From contig MU619263.1 in NCBI GenBank assembly GCA_025201805.1, forward strand, positions 133,715-197,714: 64,000 nt of DNA, written 5' to 3'. Within the stretch, counting starts at the first letter, position 1; each line of letters opens with the position of its first letter. Positions 15,119-28,928 of this stretch are shown piece after piece. The position numbers and the translations under genes were made by a program. The stretch is from Parasitella parasitica NRRL 2501. Its lineage: Eukaryota; Fungi; Mucoromycota. The notes beneath the pieces were generated by a model. The model searched no databases, was not told the origin of the DNA, and saw only the letters and a program-made list of their open reading frames with translations.

Positions 15119-18100
15119 ATGGAGGAGGATTCAATTTCGAGCAGAAAGAAGAAACCGATTCTGGATGCCAACAGTGACGAAAGACCAGTATCGGATTCAG
15201 CGCCTGCGCTTGGCCTCAATGGATCCACTTCATCTGTAGATATTTCCACCAGCAAAGCCTCTTTGCCAGATATTCGACATACCCACCAACATAAATCTTC
15301 ATCATCCAACCAGCATCATTCAAAAACTTCCTCTAGCAATCACCAAGATTTCCCAGAGATCCGGGCCTATTATGCAAAGTGAGTAGCGCTGATAATTTCC
15401 GCGAGCGTGTATAAAACTGACGTGTGGCATGTTTATGCTGTAGCATTGCAGGACAGCCACCAGGCACAGAAATACGCCCTGCCTTGAATGAAAGCACAGA
15501 CTCTCTGCCCTCAAGCATCATCAAGTCCAAGATGAGTGATGTCTCTTCGCTCGCGTCATCTTCAGACTCGATTCCTTCCAACATTTCGTCGCCCATCTTG
15601 CCACCCATATCCGCCTCTGAAGGTAATAAAAAAAAATAAGGAATGTGGTTGTGTTTTTTTTTAATTAAGCTATTATAAAACAGGTCAAATACAACATCTA
15701 AAAGACAAGCATAGACACCACCACAAAAAGAAGAGCGACTTTCCTCCACAGTATGTCTCAGCGCCTGTACCCACATCCACACCTGTATCCATATCTAGTT
15801 CCGCTGCTATTTCGCAGCAGCAACAGCACAACGAAATATTTGACGTCGACGTCTTGGCTGCCCTCACCGACGGAGACGATGGTAGATACATGCGCTATGC
15901 GTCATCCGCCGACTCTATGCTAGCGTTACTCGAGAGCCGCAAATACAAGGGAAACAAGGGCCTATCCAACGAGTCTCAGGCGTCCATCCAGAGCTCGCAC
16001 GGCACCATTAAGCCTGCAAACAACCTCAACATGCTCACAGGTTACGCTACCGAGGAGTCGCCCTACCCTGCCTGGGGCCCCGAAGACGCCATTCCCATCT
16101 CATTCAGGCAGCTAGACGACATTTTCCTGGCCATGTCGAGCAAATTTGGCTTTCAGCAAGACAGCATGCGCAACATGAGCGAGCACCTCAAGGTCATGCT
16201 AGACTCTAGAGCATCACGTCTTTCGCCCCAGCTGGCGCTCGATTCGTTGCACGCCGACTACATTGGCGGCGAGAATGCAAACTACCGTAAATGGTACTTT
16301 GCGTCGCAAATGGACACGTACGATCAGACCGAGCATGAGAAGCAAGTCGCAATCGACATTGGCGACGAGCACGAGCAGCTGCTTCGCATGCAGGAGAAAT
16401 GGTCTTTGCGGATGCGCAACCTTTCCAACGCTGAAAAAGTGCGTGATCTAGCCCTGTACCTTTGCTTGTGGGGAGAAGCAGCGCCTGTCAGGTTTACGCC
16501 CGAAGCCCTGTGCTTTATCTACAAGATGGCGTCTGACTTTTACTGCCACGAGTCGACCGCCGCCACTGCGCCCAACGTCCCAGAAGGCGCCTACCTGGAC
16601 CAGATCGTTCAGCCCCTGTACAACTTTTTCCGCGACCAGATCTACGTGATGAGCAACGGTAAATACGCCAAACGGGAAAAGGACCACAACCAGGTCATTG
16701 GCTACGACGACGTGAATCAGTTCTTTTGGCACTCTACATTTTACGACAAAATTTCGATCTCGGCGGCCAGCAAGGACCACAGCAACACCCTCGGCAAATT
16801 ACCGCCGCACGAGAGATACAATGCGCTGAAAAACGTGGATTGGGAAAAGTCGTTCAAAAAGACATACCTCGAAAAACGCACCTGGATGCACGCGTCCATC
16901 AACTTTTCGAGGGTCTGGGTGATCCACATTGTCACGTTCTGGTACTACATCATGGCCAACGCCTATTCTTTGTATTTGAACGTCGACAAAGAGATAGCCA
17001 AGGAAGAGGTTGCTGTGCAGATCTCGATTGTGGCCCTGGGTGGTGTCGTGGCATGCTTGCTGGTCCTCACCGGATCGTGCGCAGAGCTGGCTTACTTGCC
17101 AACCACCTGGCACAATTCTAAATACGTGCTGCGTCGAATTGGCTTCTTGGTACTGCTCATTCTGGTCAATGCGGGTCCCTCCTACTACTGTGTCATCATG
17201 GACAGGACGAGTTCCATTGCAAGGCTAGTCTCGATCATCCAGCTACTCGTCAGCGTGGCAACAACCCTCTTTCTGTCCATAGTGCCATCATCCCGTCTCT
17301 TTATGCGCGCATCGCAACATACACGCGAAGAATTAGCAAATGAGCACTTTACAGCCAACTTTCCCTCGCTGAAAAGGATCGACCGCATCATGTCTATTTG
17401 TCTATGGCTCTGTGTGTTTGCCTGTAAGCTGCTGGAGTCGTACTTTTTCTTGGCCCTTTCATTCAAGGATCCGCTCAAGGTAATCAGCACCATGAAGATT
17501 ACCAACTGCAACGACGCTTTGATTGGCACTATGCTGTGCGAGCAGATGCCCCGCATCACCATCTTTATCATGTTCCTGATGGACATGGTGCTGTATTTCT
17601 TGGACACCTATCTGTGGTACATTATCTGGAACACCGTGTTCTCTGTATCTCGGTCGTTCTACCTCGGTATTTCCATTTGGTCTCCTTGGAGAAACATCTT
17701 TTCAAACCTCCCAAAGCGCATCTTTGTCAAATTACTGGCTACCCCCGATATTCAGGTGAAATACAAGCCCAAGGTACTCTGTTCTCAAATCTGGAACGCC
17801 ATCGTTATTACCATGTATCGCGAACATTTGATTACCGTGGACCATGCTCAACGCATGCTGTATCAGCAGGTGTGTAGCTAGCATATGTATATATACATAT
17901 AAACATATATATATATATATATATATATAATATGCCAAAAAAAAAAAATGCACATATACTAACTTTATCGATTCATTCAATTAGGAAGTGAATCCAATGG
18001 ACGGCAACCGCACGCTGAAAGCGCCTACATTTTTCGTCTCTCAGGAAGACACCTCGTTTAAAACCGAATACTTTCCCCAGAGCGGTGAAGCAGAGCGGCG

Positions 18101-21100
18101 CATACATTTTTTTGCCCAGAGTCTGACCACGCCTATGCCGCCACCGCATCCCGTTGAATGCATGCCAACTTTCACTGTTTTAACGGTAAGTCTTGCAACA
18201 TTTAGTAGCGTCCACTGTTTCTCCACCCCCACCCCCACCCTTACTCACACACATCCAAAATAGCCCCACTACGGAGAGAAGATCCTTCTTAGTCTCCGCG
18301 AAATTATCCGGGAGGAGGACACCAGCACTCGAGTGACGCTGCTAGAGTACTTGAAGCAGCTGCATGCTGTGGAATGGGAGAATTTTGTAAAGGACACGAA
18401 AATGCTGGCGGACGACGACGACAAGCGCAGCCTTGATTCCAGTGCCAAAAGCGACTCAGAATTATCAGTCGCTGGCTCACTGGAAAAGAGCCTGGTCAAG
18501 AGCGACATTGACGATCTGCCGTTCTACTGCATCGGCTTCAAGTCCTCCAAGCCAGAGTACACTCTCCGCACCCGTATCTGGGCATCGCTAAGGGCGCAAA
18601 CACTGTACCGCACTGTGTCTGGCTTCATGAACTACCGCAAAGCTATCAAATTGCTGTATCGAGTCGAAAATCCCGAGACGGTGCAGCTGTACGGCGAGGA
18701 CAAGGAGGGTCTGGACCACGACCTGGACAAGCTGTCTCGCCGCAAATTCAAGTTCCTAGTCGCCATGCAGAGATACGCCAAATTCAGCCCAAGCGAAGCC
18801 GAAGACGCCGAGTTCTTGTTCAAGGCTTTCCCAGAGTTGCAAGTCGCCTACGTGGACGAAGAAAAGTCTGAGGCCGGCGACATCACGTACTTTTCTGCAT
18901 TGATTGACGGCACATGCAAGCTGACCGAAGACGGCAAGCGACAGCCTCGCTTCAGAATTCGGCTGCCTGGTAATCCCATCCTCGGTGATGGTAAATCAGA
19001 CAACCAGAACCACGCCATCATCTTTTACCGCGGTGAGTTTCTGCAACTGGTCGATGCCAATCAAGACAACTACTTGGAAGAGTGTCTGAAAATCCGCAAT
19101 GTGTTGGGTGAGTTCGAGACCCTGGAGCCCTCACAAGTATCGCCCTACTCTGCTACCTACCCTAAATCCAATCGATCGCCCGTGGCCATCGTAGGGGCTC
19201 GTGAATACATCTTTTCCGAAAACGTTGGTGTCCTCGGCGATGTTGCTGCTGGCAAGGAGCAGACGTTTGGTACTCTAACGCAGCGTATCATGGCTAAAAT
19301 CGGGGGCAAGCTGCATTATGGCCATCCGGATTTCCTGAATGCCATTTTCATGAACACGCGCGGCGGCGTTTCCAAGGCGCAAAAGGGTCTTCATTTGAAC
19401 GAGGATATCTATGCGGGCATGAATGCATTTACAAGAGGCGGTCGCATCAAGCATACCGAGTATTTCCAGTGCGGTAAGGGTCGCGATCTAGGCTTTGGCT
19501 CCATTTTGAACTTTACCACCAAGATTGGCACTGGCATGGGTGAGCAAATGCTGTCGCGAGAATACTACTACATTGGCACGCAGCTTCCTCTGGATCGGTT
19601 CTTGACTTTCTACTATGCTCATCCTGGCTTCCACATCAACAACATTTTTATTATGATGTCTGTGCAAATGTTCATGCTGGCTATCCTGTTTATCAGCGCC
19701 ATGGGTGCTACTTTGACCATCTGCGAGTATAATGCGGATGCGCCTCCTGAAGCACCACTCACGCCGGAAGGCTGCTACAATTTGGTCCCCATTTTCGACT
19801 GGGTCAAGCGTTGTATTCTCTCCATCTTTGTCGTATTCTTTGCAGCTTTCTTGCCCCTGTTCTTGCAGGAATTGACAGAAAGAGGGTTCTGGAGAAGTTT
19901 AACGCGTATGGGACGACATTTCATGTCTCTCTCGCCGTTGTTCGAGATCTTTGTCACCCAAATCTACTCGAATTCCGTCTTGGATAACCTGGTGTATGGC
20001 GGTGCTCAGTACATCGGCACTGGCCGTGGTTTTGCTACCTCTCGTATTCCGTTTTCTACGCTGTATTCTAGATTCACTAGCCCTAGTATCTACATTGGCG
20101 CCAGAAATCTGATTATAATGCTGTTTGCCTCTATCGCCTACTGGATCCCACACTTGATCTACTTTTGGTTCACGGTGATCGCTTTGATTATATCTCCTTT
20201 TGTCTTTAATCCAAACCAGTTCTCTCCAGTAGACTTTCTGGTGGACTACAAAGAGTTTATCCGCTGGCTTTCTCGCGGCAATTCCAAGACGCACGCCAAC
20301 TCGTGGATCAGCCATACTCGCGCTTCCAGAGCTCGCATTACCGGATACAAGCGTAGCAAGCCTACAGAGGCTACTAGTAAAATCAGCGACATGCCTCGTG
20401 CAGGTCTGGGAGCCATATTTGTCAGCGAAGTCATCTTACCACTGTTCTATGCGTTACTGTGCACTATTCCTTACACGTTTGTCAAAAGTTTCGACACAAC
20501 CGACCCCACATTGCCTGCTACCGGGCCCAGCCCTTTAATTCGTATCGGCGTCATAGCATTTGCGCCCATTCTTCTCAATATCGTGGGCCTCATGGTCTTT
20601 TTTGGCATGTCTGTCGGTATGGGATCAATTCTGAGCATCTGGCTCGTCAAATTTGGCTCTCTCATGGCCGCAATGGCCCATGCCTGGTCTGTCATTTGTA
20701 TCATTATCATTTTCGAAGTGTTCTTTTTGCTTGAGGAGTGGAAACTGGCTAATGTTGTGCTCGGCATGGTTGCAATGGTGGGGATCCAGCGCTTTGTTCT
20801 GAAGCTGCTGACTGTCTGCTGCCTGACAAGAGAGTTCAAGCAGGACGAAGCCAACAGAGGCTGGTGGACCGGCAAATGGTATGGTCGAGGGGTAAGTTAT
20901 TTGAACACACATTTCAATTGTATTTTCGCACACGTTACTCACTGTATTTTGTCTTGTTTTTATCTGTCAAAAAGTTGGGCTGGCATGGTAAGTTCAGCAT
21001 AAAACTCTCATCCAAACAATCGTGTACTCACATTATTGCCTGTAGTTATCACACAGCCCGGTCGCGAATTCATATGTAAAATCATTGAGATGACAGAATT

Positions 21101-21395
21101 CTCTACCGACTTCTTGCTAGGACACATCATTCTCTTTTTCCTTTCACTGTTTATTATTATCCCTTACATCAATACCGCCCACTCTCTGATGCTGTTCTGG
21201 CTTCGACCTTCCAAGCAAATTAGAGCGCACATTTGGACAGCAAAGCAACGCAGAGAAAGAAAGCGTGTTGCCATCTGCTACGGTGTTATGTTTTATAGCA
21301 TGTTTTTATTATTTATTGGCCTTGTAGCTGCTCCTATGATATTGGGTAAATCCTTGCTTTCAGGACTTGTGCCCGTTCATAATATTCCTATTTAG
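15119..21395 (+). CDS. FKS1: 1,3-beta-glucan synthase (GT48)
   Basis: Motifs [87 protein letters not shown]. At least 7 exons, including a 13-nt microexon at 20975-20987. The 5' exons are less certain. Confidence 0.97.
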
Positions 21396-21688
21396 AATTA
21401 TATAAATAAATATATATATATATACGTATGCTCTTTGATCATCGATGTAATTTGCGGCTCTATTTTTTAATGTGTTTTGTTGATCCACTTGTGTCTTGAG
21501 CCACCACAGGTGTAGACAAAGTCAGGTTTAAGTTGGGTAATGCCATTTTTACCACAACAGCCAAATGGTAGCTGGCACATTTGGCTTCAAGGCAAGATGT
21601 GGCTTATGAATGCCTTCAAACACTTTTGGCCCAAGAGCAACCATACCTTTCTTTTTTTTTTTTGTTTCAAATCTGATACATCATCAAT

Positions 21689-23342
21689 ATGAAGTCGAGG
21701 ATCCTAACGAGACGCCATAAAATCGATCTTCAGCCGGACAATGATAATAAAATCAATTTGAAAAGCGAAGAACACGCTAGTGTGGTGTACGTTCGTAAAC
21801 ATACCGAAGACGACATGCAGGCATTGGAATCAAGCAATGCAGGCATCGGCAGTGAAAATGAGCCGCTGAGAGTCAAGTTGGAAGATGTATCAAACAACGA
21901 GCCGCTTTTTCAAATAAAGCCAGGTAAGTTTAACTTTTTTTTTTTTTTTGAAGGCGAAAAAAACATTACGTTAAAATGTTTTGTTTTGTGCAGAGACAGC
22001 CAGGACATATGATGTCAATTCCCGTTATTATTGCGTAAAGTGCAATCTACCAATACCAGATTTCAAGTCAGTTCTGGAGCATCGCAAGGCGGTCCACAAC
22101 TTTACTGTCAAAAAATCGACCTTAAAGCACATGGAACTGGAGCCAGACATACACAATCCTGACTTCTATTGCAGCACATGCGAAACAACGTACACAGCCC
22201 GCGCACTATACAGATTCCATCTTAAAAAAACTCATTTTATGGTCCTTAAACCACTGCGCTCCGTGTCGGTGCTAAATAAGAAAATCAGGCCTGATCCGTA
22301 CGACGCCAATTTTTACTGCCGCTCATGCGACTTCACATATGCCGAGAAGAGCGTGTTCCGACAACATTTGTGCACCGTCCACGGCATTACCTCATTCAAA
22401 AGGGACCCTGAATATTTCCCTGACTGGGATAATCCAGATTTCCGCTGTGAATGCTGCAAATACACTTACAAAAGTCGAACCGTGTTTCACACTCACTGTA
22501 TAAGAGTGCACGGAATGAGGAGGCCTTACGGAGCACACTTGAACAACTATCCGGACGTAAATGACCCCAACTTTTATTGCAAAGTGTGCGACAAGACATA
22601 CAAACACAGGTGTTCGTACAATAACCATTGCAAGTCTGTCCACGGCATCACGTACGGGAAATCGTTTGCTAATCCTGACGTGTCACCAGACGCTTCAGAT
22701 CCCAACAACTACTGCAGAACATGTGAAAGATGGCTCTGTGGTCGCTATACTTTCCGCAAGCATTTGTTTACTGCCCACGGCATTCTCGCTGCACCACATA
22801 GGGCCGCAAATAGCAAAATCAGACCAGATGTCAACGACCCAAACAATTACTGCAGGATGTGCGACAAGACCTTGTCGTCAAAGTCTAGTTACAGATACCA
22901 CCTATTCGCAATACACTCTATGAAAAAAAGAAAAGGCAAGAGGAGGATAAAGGGCAAGAAGCCTGATGTCAACGATCCCAACTTTTATTGCTGTATTTGT
23001 CAACACAAATTCCCGAGCAAGGCCAGGTATCGTTTGCACCTTGGCATGGTACACCACATAATGGCAGATCTAGGGCCTCAAAAACCCAAAAGCCTTCCTG
23101 ACCCTAACGATCCGAACTTGCACTGCGCAACTTGCGATAAATCGTTCAATTCGCGGGCACAGTTTAGATACCACTGCAGAGTTTCCCATTGGATGTTTCT
23201 GGATCCTCCTGACCAAAATTCTGCTGCTGTTATCGACGTCAACAGCCCGGATTTCCTCTGCGCCAAGTGCGATCGCAACTACACTCGCAAAACCGCTTTC
23301 AGTGTTCATCTGAATACGCATCATGGCATCATAGTATCTTGA
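21689..23342 (+). CDS. Protein with 10 widely spaced C2H2 zinc fingers (PD-x-NDPN-x-YC repeats)
   Basis: Ten C-x2-C-x12-H-x4-H units, most preceded by a PD(V/P)NDPN(F/N)YC-like linker. Intron at ~21923-21993. Confidence 0.88.
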
Positions 23343-23454
23343 ATGTCTTTAATATAGTTTACCATTAGTACCTTTTTTTTTTTATAGTTTATATGATTAA
23401 ATAAAAAACGAGCTATGAATTTTTTTTACAAGTTTATTCTGCTACTATTTACAT

Positions 23455-25373
23455 TTAAAGAACATCAATCGACTGCAATATTTTGACACCAATTTCAAAC
23501 TAACAGAGATTAAAAAGTTAGCGGTTTGAGCACATTAGCCGTTCTACAATGCACTTACACAGGCTACAATCACTGCAACAATAATCAGGTAAATGATAAT
23601 CAAGGTCTGATACTCCACGCCAAAGTTGGTCAAATGATCTCTCAACATGGACAGCAGATCAGAAATCACACGCAGACGATCATTCAGAATCTGGGCACGC
23701 TGAGGAATCTCCAAGTACTCTCTGATTGCCGTATACATGGGCTGCAATGCAGGCTCAGACCAAAAGATCTCGGGAGTGTCTAGTACATTGGACACAAGAT
23801 TGACGTTCATTCTCAATGTAAACAGCTGGCCGTTGATTTTGGTGATCTCGGCACGAGTTTTACCTAGTCGGCCTGTTTCAGCCATTTCTTTGGGCAGATG
23901 TTTTGTGTCTTCGATGGTTTTGTCCATGATGTCCTCATAGCGAGCCACAACGGCGCTTTGCGATAAGCCGTGCGACAGCGTCAGTTTGATCATATGGTTG
24001 CTGCTTTTCAGCGTAATCATGTCGTTGAAGATGCGGGGCTTCATTTGCGAAGTGTCGTATTGAAAGTGGATTTCCTCAATTTGCATGTCTTCGTCTGGGT
24101 TATCGCGGAAAGGATCGATGGAAAACTGCATAAAGTCTTCCAGCATGAGCAATTCCTCCGCACGGCGGAAATTCCAAAACACAACGACGCCATAGTCGAA
24201 TATGAACACTTCGCCGCCTTTGAATATTTCTCGAGGCGGAGGAGGAGGCTGCTGCTGCTGCTGCTGCTGCTGTTCTTGTTGTTCTTCTTCTACATGTTCT
24301 TGCTCGGGTATCTTTTCATTTGGCTTATTATCTGCAAAGGGATTATCAAAGATTCCTTCCTCCTCCTCTTCCTCCTCTTCCCCTTCTTCCCGCTCTCCTT
24401 CTCGCGGCTTAGGTGAGCCATTTTGTTGTTTTTTAAACTCTTCGTGCAACCTCTGCTGTTGTTCTTGTTGCAATCTGGCTTCGTCCTCCTCCTCATAAAA
24501 GTCCTTGTGATTTGGATAATACTCATCGGCGTAAGGATGGCCTGGGGGAGGTTGGCTGGTGATAGGCGCACCATCTTGCTGTAAATGGTCTTCGTCATAG
24601 TCCATTTCTTCTTCGTCCTGTGTGTTATGACGATGGTTGCCCGGTGCTTGAGGCACATTGCTCCTTACTCGGATGTTGTGTAGATTGTCCTTGTCTGGAC
24701 GAAGTGTTCTCAGTGGGAAATGATAAGCGGCGTACAAGCATTCATCATACAGACGGGGCGCTACACGATGGTGTTGGCGCAGAAAAGGCCGAAGACGGGC
24801 AAGATCGTAACCATCGCCAGTGCAATAGGCAGCAGCTCGCGGTAACAGAGCCAACTCACGTTCGTCTTTTGTCATGCGCTCAGCTTGCGTCCGAGAACCA
24901 AATGTCCATTCAATAGGAAGCGGTACGCCTGCCGTACGAGGCTGGCTTTGCTCGTCTTGCCACTGCTGTTGCTGATGCTCATCAAACGAAATAGTCGAGA
25001 AGCGCCGAAGCTCTGCCGCAGTGACATACGTTTCTTGTTTTGCAGTATCCATGTCGTTGCTGTTGTTGTCGAGGTTGGCATCCACAGGCAGTGTCGACTG
25101 CATGCTCGTCTCGGGATCATCCGCGGTAGACTGGGGAAACAGGACCAGCTTTTGAGACACCTTTGTGCTTCTCAATGGCTGCGTGGGTTTTCCCTTTGAT
25201 TTATCGTTGAGTGCGTTTAGGCTGTTGCTCAAGTTGGAGCTACTTGTCGCTTGCACATTTTGCGGGATAGGATTTGTCTTGAGCACTTGCTTAGAAATCG
25301 CCGACGGCTTTTTGCTTGCTTGCGATATCTTTTTACTGGAGGACGATGGCCCGTCAGATGGTTTGTTTGACAT
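23455..25373 (-). CDS. RMD1: RMD1/Sif2 (DUF155) family protein with C-terminal TM segment
   Basis: AAAYCTGDGY, EVFIFDYGVVVFWNF, LSHGLSQS, GQLFTLRMNVNLVSNVLDTPEIFWSEP, YLEIPQRAQILNDRL. A short final exon reads FEIGVKILQSIDVL*. Confidence 0.88.
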
Positions 25374-26239
25374 AATGTTTGAATAGTGAAAACTGAAGTT
25401 GTAGACGAAAAAAAAAAAAAAAAAAAAAAGCGGGATTTTTCAATTGAAAATGTTACTTATAGAATGTGTTCAAACCTTTGCCGACCAATCAATTTTACAA
25501 TGCTATTCTTTTTTTTAAAAAAAAAAAACTAATGCAAATGCCTTTAATCATTATGAATAAAAAATAGCATATTGAAAAAGACTAAGTCTTGACGGTTTGA
25601 GACAATAAATGGTTTGGAATTTTATGAGAAGATCCCTGAGGTAATTGTCTTGTTTCCTTGGTACACATCAGCAAAGTGCAAGTAATCAAGATTGAGGTTT
25701 AATTAAAGTAGCTCCCAGAACTTATGGTCCTTTTTGATTTCTATTTTAGAAAAACTTGACTTAAACGCAAATCACTGCATTAGATGCAAGATATGGCCAT
25801 TAAAGCCCCGGGCAAGCATGTGTCTAGCTTGATCTCTGATCATGGTTCAATTGCAAGCTTTGCAGTGCAATGAAACTCTAAAAAGTAGCTCTACGAATAT
25901 TGAAAAACGTAGGCGGAAACTTGTCAGTTAATCCCACAATCACTAATTTTACAATTACCTGAAAAAATAAGACTACAACAAACAGGCGTATTCCAGGCAT
26001 TTGAGCAAGTCAAATGTCATAAATCTCTACCAAAAGCCATGGATTTAGAGCCAAAAGAGTATTAACTTCAAAAGTATATGCACGCTTTAAATTTGCAGCA
26101 TTCAGGCGTTTTTTCTAATGATGGCATCGTGTCGAGGAGCTCACTGCCGCAAAAGGAAGAAGGTGACCCATCATCATTTTTGACGCACCAGCAACTCCGT
26201 TAAAATAAATTTTTGTTTGTATTCATCTTTAGAAACAAA

Positions 26240-26916
26240 ATGGGTTTGCTAACGATTCTCAAGAAAAACAGACAAAATGAAAAGGAAATGCGTATCCTGA
26301 TGTTGTAAGTAACGATTCAACCGTTTAATATATTCCCATCATATAGTAACAATAAATAAATAAAAAAACTCCCAGAGGTTTGGATAACGCAGGCAAAACA
26401 ACCATATTGAAAAGAATCAACGGCGAGCCTATTGACACCATCTCTCCTACGCTCGGTTTCAACATCAAAACATTAGAGCATGAAAAGTAAGTATATATGC
26501 AGACAAAACTCTAGCAGCAAGCTAAACGACGAATAAGCTACAAACTCAATATTTGGGATGTTGGTGGGCAAAAGTCAATTCGGTCTTACTGGCGAAATTA
26601 CTTTGAACAGACGGATGCGTTAGTCTGGGTGGTAGATTCGGCAGATCGTCTTCGATTGAAGGATTGCAAACACGAATTAGCACAGCTTCTGCAAGAGGAG
26701 AGATTGGCAGGCGCTACGCTGTTGGTGTTTGCAAACAAACAGGATATCGCGGGTGCTTTGACTGATATAGAGATCAAGAACGCACTAGGGTTGGATGATA
26801 TCAAGAGCCACCATTGGGCCATTTTGCCTTGTAGTGCCGTGACAGGAGACAATCTACTTAAAGGCATGGATTGGGTTGTAAGCGATGTTGCTTCAAGAAT
26901 CTACATGTTGGATTGA
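26240..26916 (+). CDS. ARL2: ADP-ribosylation factor-like GTPase Arl2/Cin4
   Basis: MGLLTILKK...EMRILML|[59 protein letters not shown]. Two introns. Confidence 0.95.
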
Positions 26917-27918
26917 GAGAATAGCGCGTCGAGTTCTGGATCACATATATACCTTTTTTTTTCTTTTTTTCTTTTTCGTTTTGATTAAATTCCCGTTAGA
27001 AAGGTGATCCCTTTGCTAAATCATTGAGCATGATTTGGAAGTTAGCCTTGAACAGATTGCAACCGAAAGCTATATCTCTGGACAATTTTGATGAAAACCT
27101 TTTAATCTTTAAAGTGTTTTATCATAGAACGAGCTGGTCACCCCGCCCATTCTGGTGATTTTATTTTCGCACCTTCGCTACGCTACTGTAAAAATCGACC
27201 TTCGTTTATGCGAAGTCCATCTCTCTCTGCGAGGCTGTCTGTATTTATACGGTATAAGAGGAAATAGTATGTGATTGTGGTTGTACTACCTTTAAGAAAG
27301 ACTTCAGTAAAAACGACATTTCTCATGCAATTGGGTGGGATTCGATTTTGCTTCTCATATTCAGATTGCTCTATGAGACCTTTTATAGAGCTAGGATTTT
27401 GGACTCTCGAGAGAGCAACGTATAATTGGCCAAGGGAAAAAACAGGCTTTGGAAGGTATAAACCCACCTTTTGCAAAGTTTGTCCTTGAGCCTTGTTTAC
27501 AGACATTGCAAAGGCAAGCCTAATGGGAAATTGGTGTCTTTGGAAGCTGATAGGGGACTCATCAGGTGAATTTAAAGATATTTTTGGAATAAGCACTACA
27601 TTATCATAAAGACCGGTAGATGGGCTTATGTTTCTCAGCAGGATTATAGGACAATGCTGTTGAAGTTTCAGTAGGTGAGGAGGAAGATCACCGACGTCAA
27701 TGTTGTTCATCATTTCTGAGGGATATTGTACTTGAGCTACCACAGAGGAACATTTATCAGCACTACTATATATGACCTCTTGGTCATGAATTTGAGTAAG
27801 CGTGATATCATTAAAAATCTGGACATCGGCATTCATTGGTGTCGTAATAACTAAGTTAGTGAGCTTGTCTACCCAAAAGTGGGAGTGTGCTATTGATACA
27901 GTGAACGCAGCATCAAAT

Positions 27919-28928
27919 ACAACAGTTGCCGAAGCGAAGGTAGAAGAAGTGGTACAGGCTTTCCAGCCACGCTTTATTTTCAGTATATAACTAAGAAACT
28001 TATCTCATAATCTCCTCTTTCTTCAGATCTTTTCAAGCCACACATTCGTAGCTAACTATGAGTAGTGCTGAACAACAAGATGCCCCAGTATTTACTCAAA
28101 ACCAAATTAACCAACTCGTCGAACTCGTCACCCAACAGGTCAGACAGGAAACAGAGGAACGTTACCGAGGTCGTCCATTACCTTCCTCCATCGTCGAAGA
28201 ACTGGATCAATGCGCCCAAACAGACAACTTACACAAGACAGTACAAAAGTTCAGAAAGAACATTCCCAAGTATGTCAGTGAAGACTGGGTCACAGCAGAA
28301 GCCATCAATCCCAACTTCACAAACGATCTCCGACAGCACAAAGTGGATTCTTTACAGTACACGCAAACCATTTACAGGTATGCCGAAATTACTCGAACTC
28401 AAGCCAGAGCAGCAACAGCTCTCTGTGAAAGACTACAGTTCCTTACCACAAAAGAATTCCAACCAGACGATGTCGCAAGCGTCGCAGAAGCAGCCGACGA
28501 CTTACGACAACTTGCCGTTCACGGCTTCGGATCAGCCAAGTTACAAGAAGCAGATGTCCGAGAACTCACACTCAAGGCCATCAACCTTCCACCGTCGCTC
28601 AAACACTTGGAACAGCAACACCAAAGCACTAGTGAGAAAAAATTTGCCTTCAGTGAAGAATTCTTGGAACAATATTATGACGAAACCTTTAAACAAAAGC
28701 TCACCTCTCAAGCAACCAATAAAGGCAAGTTCACAAACAAATCATTACCTCAATGACCTTCAGCAGGGTCCACCATCCAGCATAAGACCAGCAACAGTGG
28801 CCGTCTGGGTCAGCTACCATATGGCCGAGGCAGGCATCAGCAACGAATACAAACCGCACTCTATCAGGGCTGCAGCTAGCACAAAAGCAGTTCAAAAGGG
28901 TATTTCTATTGCCCAAGTAAAGGATTAG
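27919..28928 (+). mobile_element. DIRS-like tyrosine-recombinase retroelement fragment (gag-like ORF joined to YR C-terminus; RT/RNase H absent)
   Basis: A 232-aa gag-like ORF (28058-28756). An overlapping frame ends in IRPATVAVWV...AGISNEYKPHSIRAAASTKAVQKG, the H-x-x-R box of tyrosine recombinases. Confidence 0.65.
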
